DNA of 64,000 bases from Planctomycetota bacterium (GTDB lineage: Bacteria > Planctomycetota > UBA1135 > UBA2386): the NCBI GenBank assembly GCA_965223545.1, contig OZ245006.1, positions 7,008,001 to 7,072,000 of the forward strand. The letters are read 5' to 3'. The position numbers and the translations under genes are program-made. Positions within the stretch are counted from its first letter, which is position 1. The number at the start of each line of letters is the position of its first letter. A model generated the notes under the pieces. It was not told the origin of the DNA and searched no databases. It saw nothing but the letters and a program-made list of their open reading frames with translations. Positions 8,605-18,707 of the stretch are shown one piece after another.

Positions 8605-10119
8605 CGGGGCGGCGCGCTTGACGGGCCGATCGAAGGCCGTGATCCACTCGGCCAGAGTAGTGGTGGTGGCGGGCCCCGACCAGGCGTAGCGCACGCGGTG
8701 GCCGCGGATGGTCCGCGCTGCGGTGAGCGAGGCCGGCCCTCCCTCCGGCGGCGGCGGCAGCGCCTCCAACCAGCGGTGCACCGTCGCCGCTTCGCTGGGC
8801 GTCACCACTTCGCAGACCAGCTCCAACGTCGGCGTGCACTGGATGCGCACGGTGGCGCCGCGCAGCGGGCGCAGAAAGCCGAGGGGTGCGGGCAGTCTGC
8901 CGCCCGCCGGCCAGGTCGCGGGTGCTTTCCAGCGCAGCGTGATGGCGGCGCGTTGGCCGCGGTCGAAGGGCGCCGGGATCGCGGCGTCCGCTGCCCGCGC
9001 CGCGCCGGCTTTGGCGGGGCCGAGGTGCAGCCAAGATCGCGCGACGCGCAGCCGGTGGCGCGGCAGAGACTCCGTCGTCAGCACCTCGCCATCGACGGTG
9101 CACGGGATGGCCTCGGCGCGCAGTCCCTCGTGGATGCGCGCGACGTCGAACGCGCCGTCGAGCCAGGCGTCGATGAACAGGGTGCGCTGTGGACCGACCT
9201 GCACGCCGGCGACGGTGCGACGGACCGACCACTGGCCGTAGCGCCGCGCCAGCTCGTGGCCGAGGAGGCACGGCCAGTCGGCGAGGGTGCGCGCGCCGGC
9301 CAGCATGGCGCGCGAGACGCTGCCGCCGGCATCGCGGATCTCCGCCGTCGTGCGCCGCAGCTCGGAATCGCGCAATGCGCGGCCGATCGGCGCCATCGGC
9401 GGCAACTCGGCGACATCGACGACGAGCAGGAGATCCATCTCTCCGCCGATGGCGCGCAGCCGGTCTGCCAGCGGCGGTGGCGCCGGGGTCGCCGCTGCCG
9501 GCGGCTCCGGCCCGCCGCGGCTGAACGCGAGCGCGAGGGCGGCCTGCGCCAGCCACGCAGGGGTGTCGGGCTCGGCGGCGACCTGCTCGGCGAGCTGGCG
9601 CAGCTCGCGGTGGTCGAGCTCCGCCAGCGCGGCCAGTGCGTGGTAGCGATCCAGATGGGACTTGTCGTGGTTGCCAGCCGGCATCGGGCTGCGCAGCAAC
9701 GCGACGGCGGCGGCGGGCGTGTCGATCCCGCGCGCCCGCAGCAGCAGGAACGGGTCCGTGGTGCCCAGTCCGCCACCGGGACCGGGAGCGAGCAGCACGA
9801 CGCCGGTGAAGGGGTGTCGCAGGGCGGATGCCAGGCGCCGCAATAGCAGCTGGTCGTCGCCCAACAGCGGGCCGAACAGGGGGTAGGGCGGGCTGCCCGG
9901 CTCTCCGCCGGAGGCGGGGTTGGGCAGGATCCCCAGGCTGCCGTTCTCGGTCTCGTGCCATTCGAGCGCGATCAGCGGGGGGGCGTCTCGCCAAGGCGAA
10001 TGCTGCGGCAGTGCGGTCGGGGCGATCGCGAGCGCGGCGGCGATCGTCGCCGATGGCAGGGCGAGGGGGCGCGGGCGGAGCACGGCCACGGCCAACGGTG
10101 CGGTCGCTGCCCGGTTCAT
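8590..10119 (-). CDS. Hypothetical exported protein
   Basis: C-terminal 509 aa of a long ORF; the ATG overlaps the upstream stop; signal-like N-terminus. Confidence 0.6.
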   Translation of the reverse strand: MNRAATAPLAVAVLRPRPLALPSATIAAALAIAPTALPQHSPWRDAPPLIALEWHETENGSLGILPNPASGGEPGSPPYPLFGPLLGDDQLLLRRLASALRHPFTGVVLLAPGPGGGLGTTDPFLLLRARGIDTPAAAVALLRSPMPAGNHDKSHLDRYHALAALAELDHRELRQLAEQVAAEPDTPAWLAQAALALAFSRGGPEPPAAATPAPPPLADRLRAIGGEMDLLLVVDVAELPPMAPIGRALRDSELRRTTAEIRDAGGSVSRAMLAGARTLADWPCLLGHELARRYGQWSVRRTVAGVQVGPQRTLFIDAWLDGAFDVARIHEGLRAEAIPCTVDGEVLTTESLPRHRLRVARSWLHLGPAKAGAARAADAAIPAPFDRGQRAAITLRWKAPATWPAGGRLPAPLGFLRPLRGATVRIQCTPTLELVCEVVTPSEAATVHRWLEALPPPPEGGPASLTAARTIRGHRVRYAWSGPATTTTLAEWITAFDRPVKRAAPSARR

Positions 10120-11882
10120 CGCCGGCGGCGGGTGAAGCGCCGCGGCGGGCTCTCCGCCGCGTCGTCGACGCCCTCGCCGGCGGCGCGGTCCGGCAAGCGG
10201 CGGACCTTCCACGACAGCTCGAGGTCGGTGGGGATCAAGGCCCAGTGCGCGTCGGAGAACGTCATGCGCTGCTCGGTGAACGCGAGCGACGCCCATTCGT
10301 AGGTGCCGAACAGCACGCGGCCTGCATCGGTGTACAGGTGTACGGTGTAGCGCCCACCTGGCGCGGAGCCGTCGGCGGCGCGCCAGCGGAGAGTGGGCGC
10401 GTCGACGAGCTCGGCGCCGTCCGCGGGTTCGACCAGTGTGATCGTGGCGCGGTGGTCGGGTGGCGGCGTCGCCAGGCCGCGGATCATCGACGCGCGTTCG
10501 CGTTCGACGTCGCCGGGGACGACCGCGAACGCGGGCGCGAAGTCGAAGCAGAGGATCGCAGCGGCGCCCAATGGCAGCATCGCCGCCGTGGTCAGGCCGA
10601 TCGCGGTTGTCCAACGTCGGGGCAACAGGGTGCCGGCGGCGGCGACGCCGCCACCGACGAGCACGGCGAGCGCGCCGGCGCCGGGAAACAGATAGCGGCC
10701 CTGCGGCTGGAAGAAGTCGATGTTGAAGCGGACCACCTGGGCGAAGACCAGGCCGACGGCGGCGACACTGAGCACCAGGGGGGTGCGGCGCGGGGTGAGG
10801 CGGCGGCCGCGCAGCAGCCAGCCGATTGCGGCGAGGGCGGCGGCAGCGGCAAAGGCGAAGTGCGCCGGCGCCGGCACCGGATGGCTGACCCAGCCCAGAT
10901 TGCCGACGAACGACTCGCCCAGCAGCGGGGCGAAGTTGCCGCCGAGCCATTGCCAGCGCATGCCGTCGGGCACCGCGTTGCTGGCGAACGCCGCGCGGTG
11001 CGCCGCCGTCGCCAGCGGATCGTCGTACAGCATCGCGTTGCGCGCGAAGAACCAGCCGGCGACCGCCGTGAATGCGCCGGCGCAGCACACCGCGCCCAGC
11101 GCGTGCGCGCGCCGCTGAGCGGGCGCGGTCCACAGCAGCCAGACAAACGCCACCGCGACCAGCGGCACGCAGAACAGAGCGGTCAGCTTGGTGATCACGG
11201 CCAGCCCGCAGCTCAGGCCGAGCGCGGTCGCCGTCCCGAGTCCGAGGCGCGGGCGGGACGCGGGGCGTGCCAGCGCGCGCGCCAGCAGCACCAGCGTCGC
11301 CGTGCACAGCGTCGTGGCGAGATTGCCGTTGTCGAGCACGCCGTGGGCAAACGACCACTGCGGCAGGCACGCCAGCAGGAGCGCGGCGATGCCGGCCGCG
11401 GTCGGACAGTCGGGCAGAACGCAGCGCGCCAGAGCGTAGGTCAGCCCGACACTGGCCACGCCGCAGAACACCGACAGCAGGCGCAGGATGCGCAGCGTCC
11501 AGATCTCCTCCGACACCGGTGCGACCTCGTCGTGACCGTGCTGCCAGTGCAGGGGCGACCCCGCGCCACCTTGCAGGATGTTGTCGGGGTTGCCGCGCCA
11601 GGAGGGCACGGTGTCGGCGGCGCCGAGCGCGTGCAGCATCGTCGCCAGCAGCGCGTAGTACAGCGGTGGGTGGTGGCCCAGAACGGCCTGCTCCCAGTCG
11701 GTGGCGCCGGCCTGCTGCGCGCTGCCCAGCACCAGCGGCAGCGCGCGCCGTTGGGCGACGAAGCACGCGTAGTAGGCGTGGTCGTTCTCGTCGGGACCCT
11801 CGAACGCGGGCGTGTGCAGCGCGTAGCCGACCGAGAGGCTCAGCTGCACCAGCAGGGCCAGCGCCAGCAGCCAGCGGCTCAC
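10116..11882 (-). CDS. GT-C (ArnT/PMT-like) membrane glycosyltransferase
   Basis: PAFEGPDENDH, HHPPLYY and QPQGRYLFP motifs; many TM segments. Confidence 0.8.
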   Translation of the reverse strand: MSRWLLALALLVQLSLSVGYALHTPAFEGPDENDHAYYACFVAQRRALPLVLGSAQQAGATDWEQAVLGHHPPLYYALLATMLHALGAADTVPSWRGNPDNILQGGAGSPLHWQHGHDEVAPVSEEIWTLRILRLLSVFCGVASVGLTYALARCVLPDCPTAAGIAALLLACLPQWSFAHGVLDNGNLATTLCTATLVLLARALARPASRPRLGLGTATALGLSCGLAVITKLTALFCVPLVAVAFVWLLWTAPAQRRAHALGAVCCAGAFTAVAGWFFARNAMLYDDPLATAAHRAAFASNAVPDGMRWQWLGGNFAPLLGESFVGNLGWVSHPVPAPAHFAFAAAAALAAIGWLLRGRRLTPRRTPLVLSVAAVGLVFAQVVRFNIDFFQPQGRYLFPGAGALAVLVGGGVAAAGTLLPRRWTTAIGLTTAAMLPLGAAAILCFDFAPAFAVVPGDVERERASMIRGLATPPPDHRATITLVEPADGAELVDAPTLRWRAADGSAPGGRYTVHLYTDAGRVLFGTYEWASLAFTEQRMTFSDAHWALIPTDLELSWKVRRLPDRAAGEGVDDAAESPPRRFTRRRR

Positions 11883-12628
11883 GGTGCCTCCGCCCGACGC
11901 GCCCAAGCCAGCAGGGAGACGCCGATCGGCAGGTCGCGCTTGACCAGCCAGTGGCGCTCGGCGCCGAACACGCGTTCGAGCGCGGTGTTGAGGCCGAAGC
12001 CGGGGACCGCGAGGTCGGAGTGGCCGCGCGCCACCGAGCGCCGCAGGAACGGACGCATCGCCAGGCGCACGCCGAGGATCGGGGGCAACAGGGCGGAGTT
12101 GAAGTAGGTGACCCGCTGCACCTCGAAGCCCGCGTTCGCCAGGTGGCGGCGCAGCTCGGTGCGCCGGTAGCGGCGGTGGTGGCCCGACAGCACGTCCTGC
12201 CGGCCCCAGAGCACGCGCAGCGCCGGCACCGACAGCAACAGGTGGCCGCCGGGGCGCAGCACCCGATGCCACGCGGCCAGGCTCGCCGCCTCGTCGGCGA
12301 GGTGTTCGAGGACGTCGAGGGCGCAGACGAGATCGAAGCTGCCCGGCCTGAGCGGTGGCGCCGCGGCGTCTCCACGCAGCACGTGGTCGGCGCCGCGCGC
12401 GCGGCAGTCGCGCAGTGACTCTGCGCTCAGGTCGAGCACTGTGACGCGACCCCGCGGCGCGAGCACCGGCAGGTTGACGCCCGAGCCCGGGCCGACGTCG
12501 AGGATCCGCGCGTTCTCGGCCAGCGGGGCATGCGCGTCGAGAAACGCCGCGAAGATCGCGCGCCGCGCGCGAAACCACCAGTGCTGCTCGCCCTGGCGCC
12601 GGTACTCTTCGTGGACGGATTCCCTCAC
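11879..12628 (-). CDS. Class I SAM-dependent methyltransferase
   Basis: HWWFRARR, ILDVGPGSG, ALDVLEH, LRPGG and HHRRY. Confidence 0.9.
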   Translation of the reverse strand: MRESVHEEYRRQGEQHWWFRARRAIFAAFLDAHAPLAENARILDVGPGSGVNLPVLAPRGRVTVLDLSAESLRDCRARGADHVLRGDAAAPPLRPGSFDLVCALDVLEHLADEAASLAAWHRVLRPGGHLLLSVPALRVLWGRQDVLSGHHRRYRRTELRRHLANAGFEVQRVTYFNSALLPPILGVRLAMRPFLRRSVARGHSDLAVPGFGLNTALERVFGAERHWLVKRDLPIGVSLLAWARRAEAP

Positions 12629-13392
12629 GGCGTCGGCTCGGCCTCGCGCGGCGCCGGCGCTGCGGTGGCCACCGGCGCGGCGGGCTTGCCGAAGTGGATG
12701 CGGAACCACATGCGGGCGACGGTCCACAGCGTGCGCGGGATGTGGCTGGCGCGCACCGTGGTGCGGCCGGCGGTGCGCGGATAGTGGCGCACGCCCTTCT
12801 CCACCGTGCGGAAGCCGAGCTTGGCGGTGCGCGCGACGAGCTCGGTGTCGACGAAGAAGTCGTCGCACTCGATAGTCATTGCCGCCAGCACGTCGCGTCG
12901 AAACAGCTTCCACGCGCAGTCGACGTCGCGCACTCTGACCCAGAACAGCACGCGCACCAAACGGTTGTAGATCCACGACAACAGACAGCGGGTCACCGAG
13001 TCGTAGCGGTAGACCCGGAAGCCGAAGACCGCGTCGGCGGAGTCGAGGAGCGGCACGGTGTCCTTGAGCTCGCGGATGTCGAACTGGTTGTCGGCGTCGG
13101 TGTAGAACACGTGCTCGCCGCGCGCGGCGCCGAAGCCGGTGGCCAGCGCGCGGCCGTAGCCGCGGTTGTGCTCGTGGCGGACCAGGCGGATGCGCGGCTC
13201 GGCGCCGGCCATGCTCTCGACGAGCTCCGCGGTGCGGTCGCGCGAGCCATCGTCGACGACGACGATCTCCCATTCGCGGAACGCGCCGGCGAGGAACGCC
13301 GCCGCGTCGGCGACTGCCTTCTCGATGCAGTCCTCTTCGTCGTAGGCGGGGAGGACGACCGAGATCGAGGCGCGGAACGGCGGCGCGGACAT
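12625..13392 (-). CDS. Glycosyltransferase family 2 (polyprenol-phosphate sugar synthase-like)
   Basis: VVLPAYDEE, VVDDGSRDRT, NRGYGRA and TDADNQF. Confidence 0.9.
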   Translation of the reverse strand: MSAPPFRASISVVLPAYDEEDCIEKAVADAAAFLAGAFREWEIVVVDDGSRDRTAELVESMAGAEPRIRLVRHEHNRGYGRALATGFGAARGEHVFYTDADNQFDIRELKDTVPLLDSADAVFGFRVYRYDSVTRCLLSWIYNRLVRVLFWVRVRDVDCAWKLFRRDVLAAMTIECDDFFVDTELVARTAKLGFRTVEKGVRHYPRTAGRTTVRASHIPRTLWTVARMWFRIHFGKPAAPVATAAPAPREAEPTP

Positions 13393-13484
13393 GGCTCGCA
13401 GAAGTCTACCTCGCCTGCGCGGCCACGCCGGCGCCATAATGCTCCCGACCGACTCCCCACTGGGTCTCCTCCTCGGATCCCGCG

Positions 13485-14066
13485 ATGAGTGCGCCCCCCG
13501 CGAAGCAGTTCCTCTCCGCCGACCAGCTCTTGGCCGATGCCTTTCGCCTTGGCGTGCAAGTGCTCGACAGTGGCTTCCGCCCGAGCTTCATCGTCGGCAT
13601 CTGGCGCGGGGGGACACCCGTGGGCATCGCCGTGCAGGAGCTGCTCGAGTACCGCGGAGTGACCACCGACCACATCGCGATCCGCACGTCGCTCTACCGC
13701 GGGATCGGTGACCGCCACGCCGAGACGCGCGTGCACGGACTGCAGTACGTGATCGACAACGTGGATGCGGAGGACGGCCTGCTGCTGGTCGACGACGTGT
13801 ACGACACCGGCTTGTCGATCGACGCCGTGATCCGTCACCTGGAGCGCGGTGCGCGGCGCAACACGCCGCGCGACATCCGGGTGGCGACGACCTACTACAA
13901 GCCGGACAACAACCGCACCGAGCGTGTGCCCGACTATTACGTGCACGAGACCGACCGGTGGCTGGTGTTCCCGCACGAGCTGCAGGACCTGACTCCGGCG
14001 GAGATTCTTCAGCACAAGCCTGCGCTGGCGCCGTTCGCCCGGCGCTGGCACGGCGGCACAGACTGA
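13485..14066 (+). CDS. Purine phosphoribosyltransferase (Hpt/Gpt-like)
   Basis: IWRGG, LLVDDVYDTG (PRPP-binding) and WLVFPHE. Confidence 0.85.
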   Translation: MSAPPAKQFLSADQLLADAFRLGVQVLDSGFRPSFIVGIWRGGTPVGIAVQELLEYRGVTTDHIAIRTSLYRGIGDRHAETRVHGLQYVIDNVDAEDGLLLVDDVYDTGLSIDAVIRHLERGARRNTPRDIRVATTYYKPDNNRTERVPDYYVHETDRWLVFPHELQDLTPAEILQHKPALAPFARRWHGGTD

Positions 14067-14079
14067 CGGCGGCCGCCCG

Positions 14080-15402
14080 TCAGCGGCGGCCGACCCCGTT
14101 GCGCAGCTTGCCGTCGTGTTCGAGCAGGCGCACATAAGCGCGGTTGAGCAGCCGTTCGCCGGAGCCGACGCAGGCGGGCGCCATCATCGGGTCGGCGCCG
14201 TAGCCGCCCTGCACGGCGGCCTCGATGGTGGGTAGGTACATGCTGTGGCCGTTGCAGTAGCCCAAGACCAACAGGTCGGGGCGCGCGGCGCGTTGGCGCA
14301 AGGTGACCGCATGCTGGCAAAACACCTCGCCCGAGATCGCAACCACGGCCAACGCGTCGCCGACGTTGGCCGTCGTGACCTCGGCGGGAATCCCGTCGGT
14401 GAACGTGCGCAGATAGCTCGCCACCAGCTCGGGAAAGAAGGCGGCGCGAAACGCGGCGCGGACGGCGGCGTTGGTGAAGTCGACGCGCGAGGGCAGCGAG
14501 AAGTGATCGGTGACCGCGCGCAGCCGTGGCCGCTGGGGCGGCCGCGGCTCGATGCCCTGCAAGAGCGCGAGAGTGTGCTCCGCGAGCTCCTCGCCGTAGG
14601 CGCGCGGGTCGCGGAACTCGCCCGTCGGGTCGGGGCTGAGGTCGCCCGCCGCCCCTTGCAAGAACAAACAGCCGCCGCCGTGCGCCGCCTCGACTGCCGC
14701 GCACAGGAAGCCCGGGTAGTCGGCCGAGAAGCGCGCGTCGCGCTCGGCGGTCATCACCGGGTGGGCGGCCCAGTTGACCAGCACCGCGATCGGTGCGCCG
14801 TCGGTCGTGCGATCGATCCGCACCGCGATCAGGCGGTCGTCGCGCGGCGCGTCCGCGCCCTTGGCGTGGCGGTTGCGGTTGAGGCCGAGCGCGGTGTGCG
14901 CGGTGCCGATCGCCGCCGGCGCGCGCGCGTCGTCGGCGGCGCCGATGACGGCGATCAGCAGTGCTGGCAGCCGTTCGGCGTAGTCGACGGCGTCGTCCAG
15001 CCGCGGGCGGCCGCAGCCCTCGGCGCTGTTCAGCTCGATCACCGGACCGTGGTGGGTGTGCGTGCCGGCGATCAGCACCGTGTCGATGCCGCGCGGCTGC
15101 AGTGCCGCGCGCACCTGCGACATCATCGCCGGCGTCGGGCCGCGGCCGAGGTCGGTGGCGACGATCGCCAGTCGGCGCGCGCCGGCGGCCAGCACCACCG
15201 CCCGCGCCCGCAGTGGAGTGAGCGTACCGAACGAGGGGGTGTCGCGTCGGTGGCCGTAGCCCCACATCGGAACCGCGGTCTCTGGCGTGATGTCTGCGCT
15301 GGCGTAGCCAGCGGAAAGGCCGTCCTGCGCCATCGTGGGCACGGCGGCGCCCAGCGCCAGCGCGGCGCACACAACCGATCTCGGCAGGCGGGTGCGCATC
15401 AT
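14080..15402 (-). CDS. Neutral/alkaline ceramidase-like exported hydrolase
   Basis: Signal peptide; ADITP, GTHTHHGP, NWAAHP, SADYPG and QGAAGD. Confidence 0.8.
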   Translation of the reverse strand: MMRTRLPRSVVCAALALGAAVPTMAQDGLSAGYASADITPETAVPMWGYGHRRDTPSFGTLTPLRARAVVLAAGARRLAIVATDLGRGPTPAMMSQVRAALQPRGIDTVLIAGTHTHHGPVIELNSAEGCGRPRLDDAVDYAERLPALLIAVIGAADDARAPAAIGTAHTALGLNRNRHAKGADAPRDDRLIAVRIDRTTDGAPIAVLVNWAAHPVMTAERDARFSADYPGFLCAAVEAAHGGGCLFLQGAAGDLSPDPTGEFRDPRAYGEELAEHTLALLQGIEPRPPQRPRLRAVTDHFSLPSRVDFTNAAVRAAFRAAFFPELVASYLRTFTDGIPAEVTTANVGDALAVVAISGEVFCQHAVTLRQRAARPDLLVLGYCNGHSMYLPTIEAAVQGGYGADPMMAPACVGSGERLLNRAYVRLLEHDGKLRNGVGRR

Positions 15403-16661
15403 CGGTTGGCCCGCCAGTGCTCGAGGATCGCATCGCCGATGGCCAAGGCCTTCTTGTCCATTGCGTTCGGCGTCATGTGACCGACGTCGACGAAGTGGTC
15501 GTTCTTGCCGGTGAACATCGCGTCGAGATCGACGAACACGACCTTGTCGCCCCAGCGCTTCACCATGGCGTTCACGACCTGGTTGCACTGGTGGATGTGC
15601 ACTTGCAGACCGGGGTTCTGGTTGGCATCGATGATGTGGGGCTGGGTCGTGACCACCGGTACGATGCCGCGTGCCCAGCTCAGCTCGACGACGGTGCGGA
15701 GGTTGTTGTGGTAGGGGATCAGCTCGGTGAGGTCGGAGTAGTCCGGCGGGTTCCGGTAGCCGCCCTTCTTGACAGCGGCGTGCTCCAGGAAGGCCCAGTC
15801 CGGTTCGCCGAATAGCTGGTGCGTCGCCCAGCGATAGAGCACGCTGCCGCGGATCAACAGCGCGTCGGGGATGTGCGGCTCCTCGAACGCCTTCAGTGCG
15901 TGGCTGTAGTCGCCGCGCGCCGGCGTGGCGCGATTGCGCGTCCGCGCGTCGTTCCAGGCGTGGTGGAAGACCACGTAGTCGGGCTCGAGGTCGGCGACGT
16001 TGAGCACGAAGTTCACCGTCGAGTGCGCCGAGGTGTACCAGCCCATGCCGAAGTTCAGCACCTCGAGGGGCGGCGTCTCCTCTCGTTTCGACAGCAGCCG
16101 CTGCATGCGCTGTGGGTAGCCGCGGGCGGTGGTCGAGCCGCCGAGGCAGGCGATGCGCAGCGTGCCCTTCTGCAGAGTCTCGGCGGGCGCCGGCCCCAGG
16201 AAACCGCGGTTGTTGAACGGCAGCAGCGTGCCGAGGGCCTCGTTGCCGTGCAGCGCGATTCCCGGCCGGCCGGTGAACTGCAGGAACGGGTGAGCCTGGT
16301 ACGCCATCAGATCGTGGTAGGTGCGCCGCGCCAGCAGGATGGTGTCCCGCTGCTGCTCCAGCGGCTGCGCGCGCAGCCACACGCGGACGCCGAGCTCGAT
16401 GCCGACCAGGGCTCCCAGCGAGACGGTCAACGCCGCGAGCGGCCCGCGCGCGGCCGACCGCGAGCGCCAGAGGAACAGGCCGAGGCCGGTGCAGGCGATT
16501 GCCAATAGCCAGAGGGGGAGGCGGTCCTCGGCGTGCAGGGGTTCGAGCGCCCACAGCCGCTCGGCCAGCGGCGGCGCAAACGTCGCGCCGGCGGCTATGG
16601 TCAGACCGCCGATCGCGGCCAGGGCTCGATGAAAAGAGGGGCGGGGATCGCGAGTCGGCAT
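15399..16661 (-). CDS. Membrane-anchored SGNH/GDSL hydrolase
   Basis: RIACLGGSTT, EVLNFG, HAWND and FVDVGHMT. Confidence 0.8.
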   Translation of the reverse strand: MPTRDPRPSFHRALAAIGGLTIAAGATFAPPLAERLWALEPLHAEDRLPLWLLAIACTGLGLFLWRSRSAARGPLAALTVSLGALVGIELGVRVWLRAQPLEQQRDTILLARRTYHDLMAYQAHPFLQFTGRPGIALHGNEALGTLLPFNNRGFLGPAPAETLQKGTLRIACLGGSTTARGYPQRMQRLLSKREETPPLEVLNFGMGWYTSAHSTVNFVLNVADLEPDYVVFHHAWNDARTRNRATPARGDYSHALKAFEEPHIPDALLIRGSVLYRWATHQLFGEPDWAFLEHAAVKKGGYRNPPDYSDLTELIPYHNNLRTVVELSWARGIVPVVTTQPHIIDANQNPGLQVHIHQCNQVVNAMVKRWGDKVVFVDLDAMFTGKNDHFVDVGHMTPNAMDKKALAIGDAILEHWRANR

Positions 16662-16734
16662 CGGCGGTCGGTCGGCGCGGCCACACTGTAGCGCGGCGCG
16701 CGTGCCTGCGCCCGCGGCCACTGCGGCGACCGCG

Positions 16735-17280
16735 TCAGCGGCCGCGGGCCTCGCGCGGCACCGGCAGGGTGCCCAACGACCTGCCGAGCGGCCCGTGCAT
16801 GGGCGTTTCGTCGACGTCGTCGCGCAGCACGCGCAGCATCGCGATCTCGTCGCAGCAGTGGAACTTCGGGCAGTTGAGGCAGTCGTTGAACACCTTGTGC
16901 GGCATGCTCTGGTGCTCGACGATGCCGAACCCCATGCGCTCGAAGAAACCGGGCACGTAGGTGAAGGCGAACAGCCGGGCGATGCCGAGCTCCAACGCCT
17001 CCTCGACGAGCTGCTCGACGATCGCGCGGCCGAGCCCCTTGCGCTGCACGTCGGGGTCGACTGCCAGCGAGCGGATCTCAGCGAGGTCGGACCACACCAC
17101 GTGCAGCGCGCCGCAGCCGGCGAACTCGCCGTCGACGGTGACGATGGCGTAGTCGCGGATGTTCTCGATGACCGAGGACGGCGAGCGCGGCAGCATCACC
17201 TGCCGCGCGGCGAGCTCGTTGACGAGGGTGAGGATGCGCGGGGCGTCGCGCACCGTCGCCTTGCGCACGGCCGTGCTCAT
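16735..17280 (-). CDS. argA: Short GNAT-type N-acetylglutamate synthase
   Basis: LAEIRSLAV...GLGRAIV...FFERMGF; last gene of the arg operon. Confidence 0.75.
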   Translation of the reverse strand: MSTAVRKATVRDAPRILTLVNELAARQVMLPRSPSSVIENIRDYAIVTVDGEFAGCGALHVVWSDLAEIRSLAVDPDVQRKGLGRAIVEQLVEEALELGIARLFAFTYVPGFFERMGFGIVEHQSMPHKVFNDCLNCPKFHCCDEIAMLRVLRDDVDETPMHGPLGRSLGTLPVPREARGR

Positions 17281-18707
17281 CGTTGGGCCTCCGCAGCCGC
17301 TTGCAGCTTGTTCTTCCAGCGGCGGGCGGCGGCGCGGACGCGGCTGGGGGCGGTGCCGCCGAGGCAGCGGCGCCGGCTCAAAACGCGGTCGAGGTCGAGC
17401 TCACGGGCGAGATCCGCGTCGAGCTGAGGCAGCAGGCGGGCGCGGTCTTCGGCGGGCAGCTCTTCGATCTCCACCCCCAGCTCGAGCGCGCGGCGGACCG
17501 CGTGGCCGGCCTGCTCGTGGGCGTCGCGGAAGGCGACCCCGCGGTGCACCAAGAGGTCGGCGACGTCGGTGGCGTTCTGGTAACTGGCCGCGGCCGCGGC
17601 GCGGCAGCGCTGCGGCGCGAAGCGAGCACCGCGGACCACGGTCGTGGTCACCGCCAAGCACGCGATGGTCGTGTCCAGCGCGTCGAACAGCGCTTCCTTG
17701 TCTTCCTGCAGGTCCTTGTTGTAGGCCAGTGGCAGTCCCTTGAGCAGCAGCTGCAGCGTGTGCAGCGCGGCGACGACGCGGCCGGCCTTGCCGCGCACCA
17801 GCTCGAGCGCGTCGGGGTTCTTCTTCTGCGGCATCAGGCTGCTGCCGGTGGCCACCGCATCCGAGAGTTCGAGGTAGCCGGCCTCCTGGCTGCAGAAGAA
17901 GATCCAATCCTCGGCGAGCCGCGACAGGTGCAGCATCACCATGCTGGCGACGAACGCCAGCTCGCAGCAGTGGTCGCGGTCGCTGACCGCATCGAGGCTG
18001 TTGGCGGCCGGGGCACGGAAGCCGAGCTGCTTGGCCAGCGCGCGGCGGTCGATCGAGAACGCCGTGCCGGCCAGGGCAGCGCAGCCAAGCGGGCAGGTGT
18101 CCATCCGCGCCGTGGCGTCGCGCAGCCGCTGCCGATCGCGGGCCAGCATCTCGACGTACGCCAGCGCGTGGTGGCCGGCCGTGATCGGCTGGGCGCGCTG
18201 CAGGTGCGTGTAGCCGGGCAGCGGCAGGGCCGCGTCGCGCTCGCCAAGGGCGGCGAGCGCGCGCATGCAGTCGGTCAGCGCCGCGTCGAGGTCGCGGGTC
18301 ACAGTGCGGAGATGGAGCTTGAGGTCGGTGGCGACCTGGTCGTTGCGCGAGCGGCCGGTGTGCAGCTTGCGGCCGAGGTCGCCGACCCGCGCCGTCAGCT
18401 CGGCTTCGACGAAGCTGTGCACGTCCTCGGCGCGGCTGTCGGCCAGCAGGGCTGGCTCCGCCGTGACCGCCGCGCCGATCGCGCGGAGCGCGCGCTGGAG
18501 CTTGACCACCTCGCCGCGGCCGAGCACACCGGCATCGCGCAGGGCGGCGGCCCACGCGGCGCTCGCCTCGAGCTCGGCGTCGAGCAAGCGGGCGTCGACC
18601 GCGAGGCTGCGATTGAACTCCTCGAAGAACGGGTCGAGGCGGCCGGCGAAGCGGCCGCCCCAGAGCTTGGCGGAGCCGGCGGGGTCGTCGTTGCGCGCGC
18701 GGGTCAT
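17277..18707 (-). CDS. argH: Argininosuccinate lyase
   Basis: KLWGGRF, GRSRNDQ, GYTHLQRAQP and TGSSLMPQKKNPD. Confidence 0.97.
   Translation of the reverse strand: MTRARNDDPAGSAKLWGGRFAGRLDPFFEEFNRSLAVDARLLDAELEASAAWAAALRDAGVLGRGEVVKLQRALRAIGAAVTAEPALLADSRAEDVHSFVEAELTARVGDLGRKLHTGRSRNDQVATDLKLHLRTVTRDLDAALTDCMRALAALGERDAALPLPGYTHLQRAQPITAGHHALAYVEMLARDRQRLRDATARMDTCPLGCAALAGTAFSIDRRALAKQLGFRAPAANSLDAVSDRDHCCELAFVASMVMLHLSRLAEDWIFFCSQEAGYLELSDAVATGSSLMPQKKNPDALELVRGKAGRVVAALHTLQLLLKGLPLAYNKDLQEDKEALFDALDTTIACLAVTTTVVRGARFAPQRCRAAAAASYQNATDVADLLVHRGVAFRDAHEQAGHAVRRALELGVEIEELPAEDRARLLPQLDADLARELDLDRVLSRRRCLGGTAPSRVRAAARRWKNKLQAAAEAQR

Noticed and set aside
10120..12375. N-terminal ~750 aa of the 1261-aa ORF, and similar extensions of argH, argC and the ceramidase-like ORFs
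   Set aside because: Off-frame overlap with upstream operon genes; R/A/P-rich junk; the true starts overlap the upstream stops.
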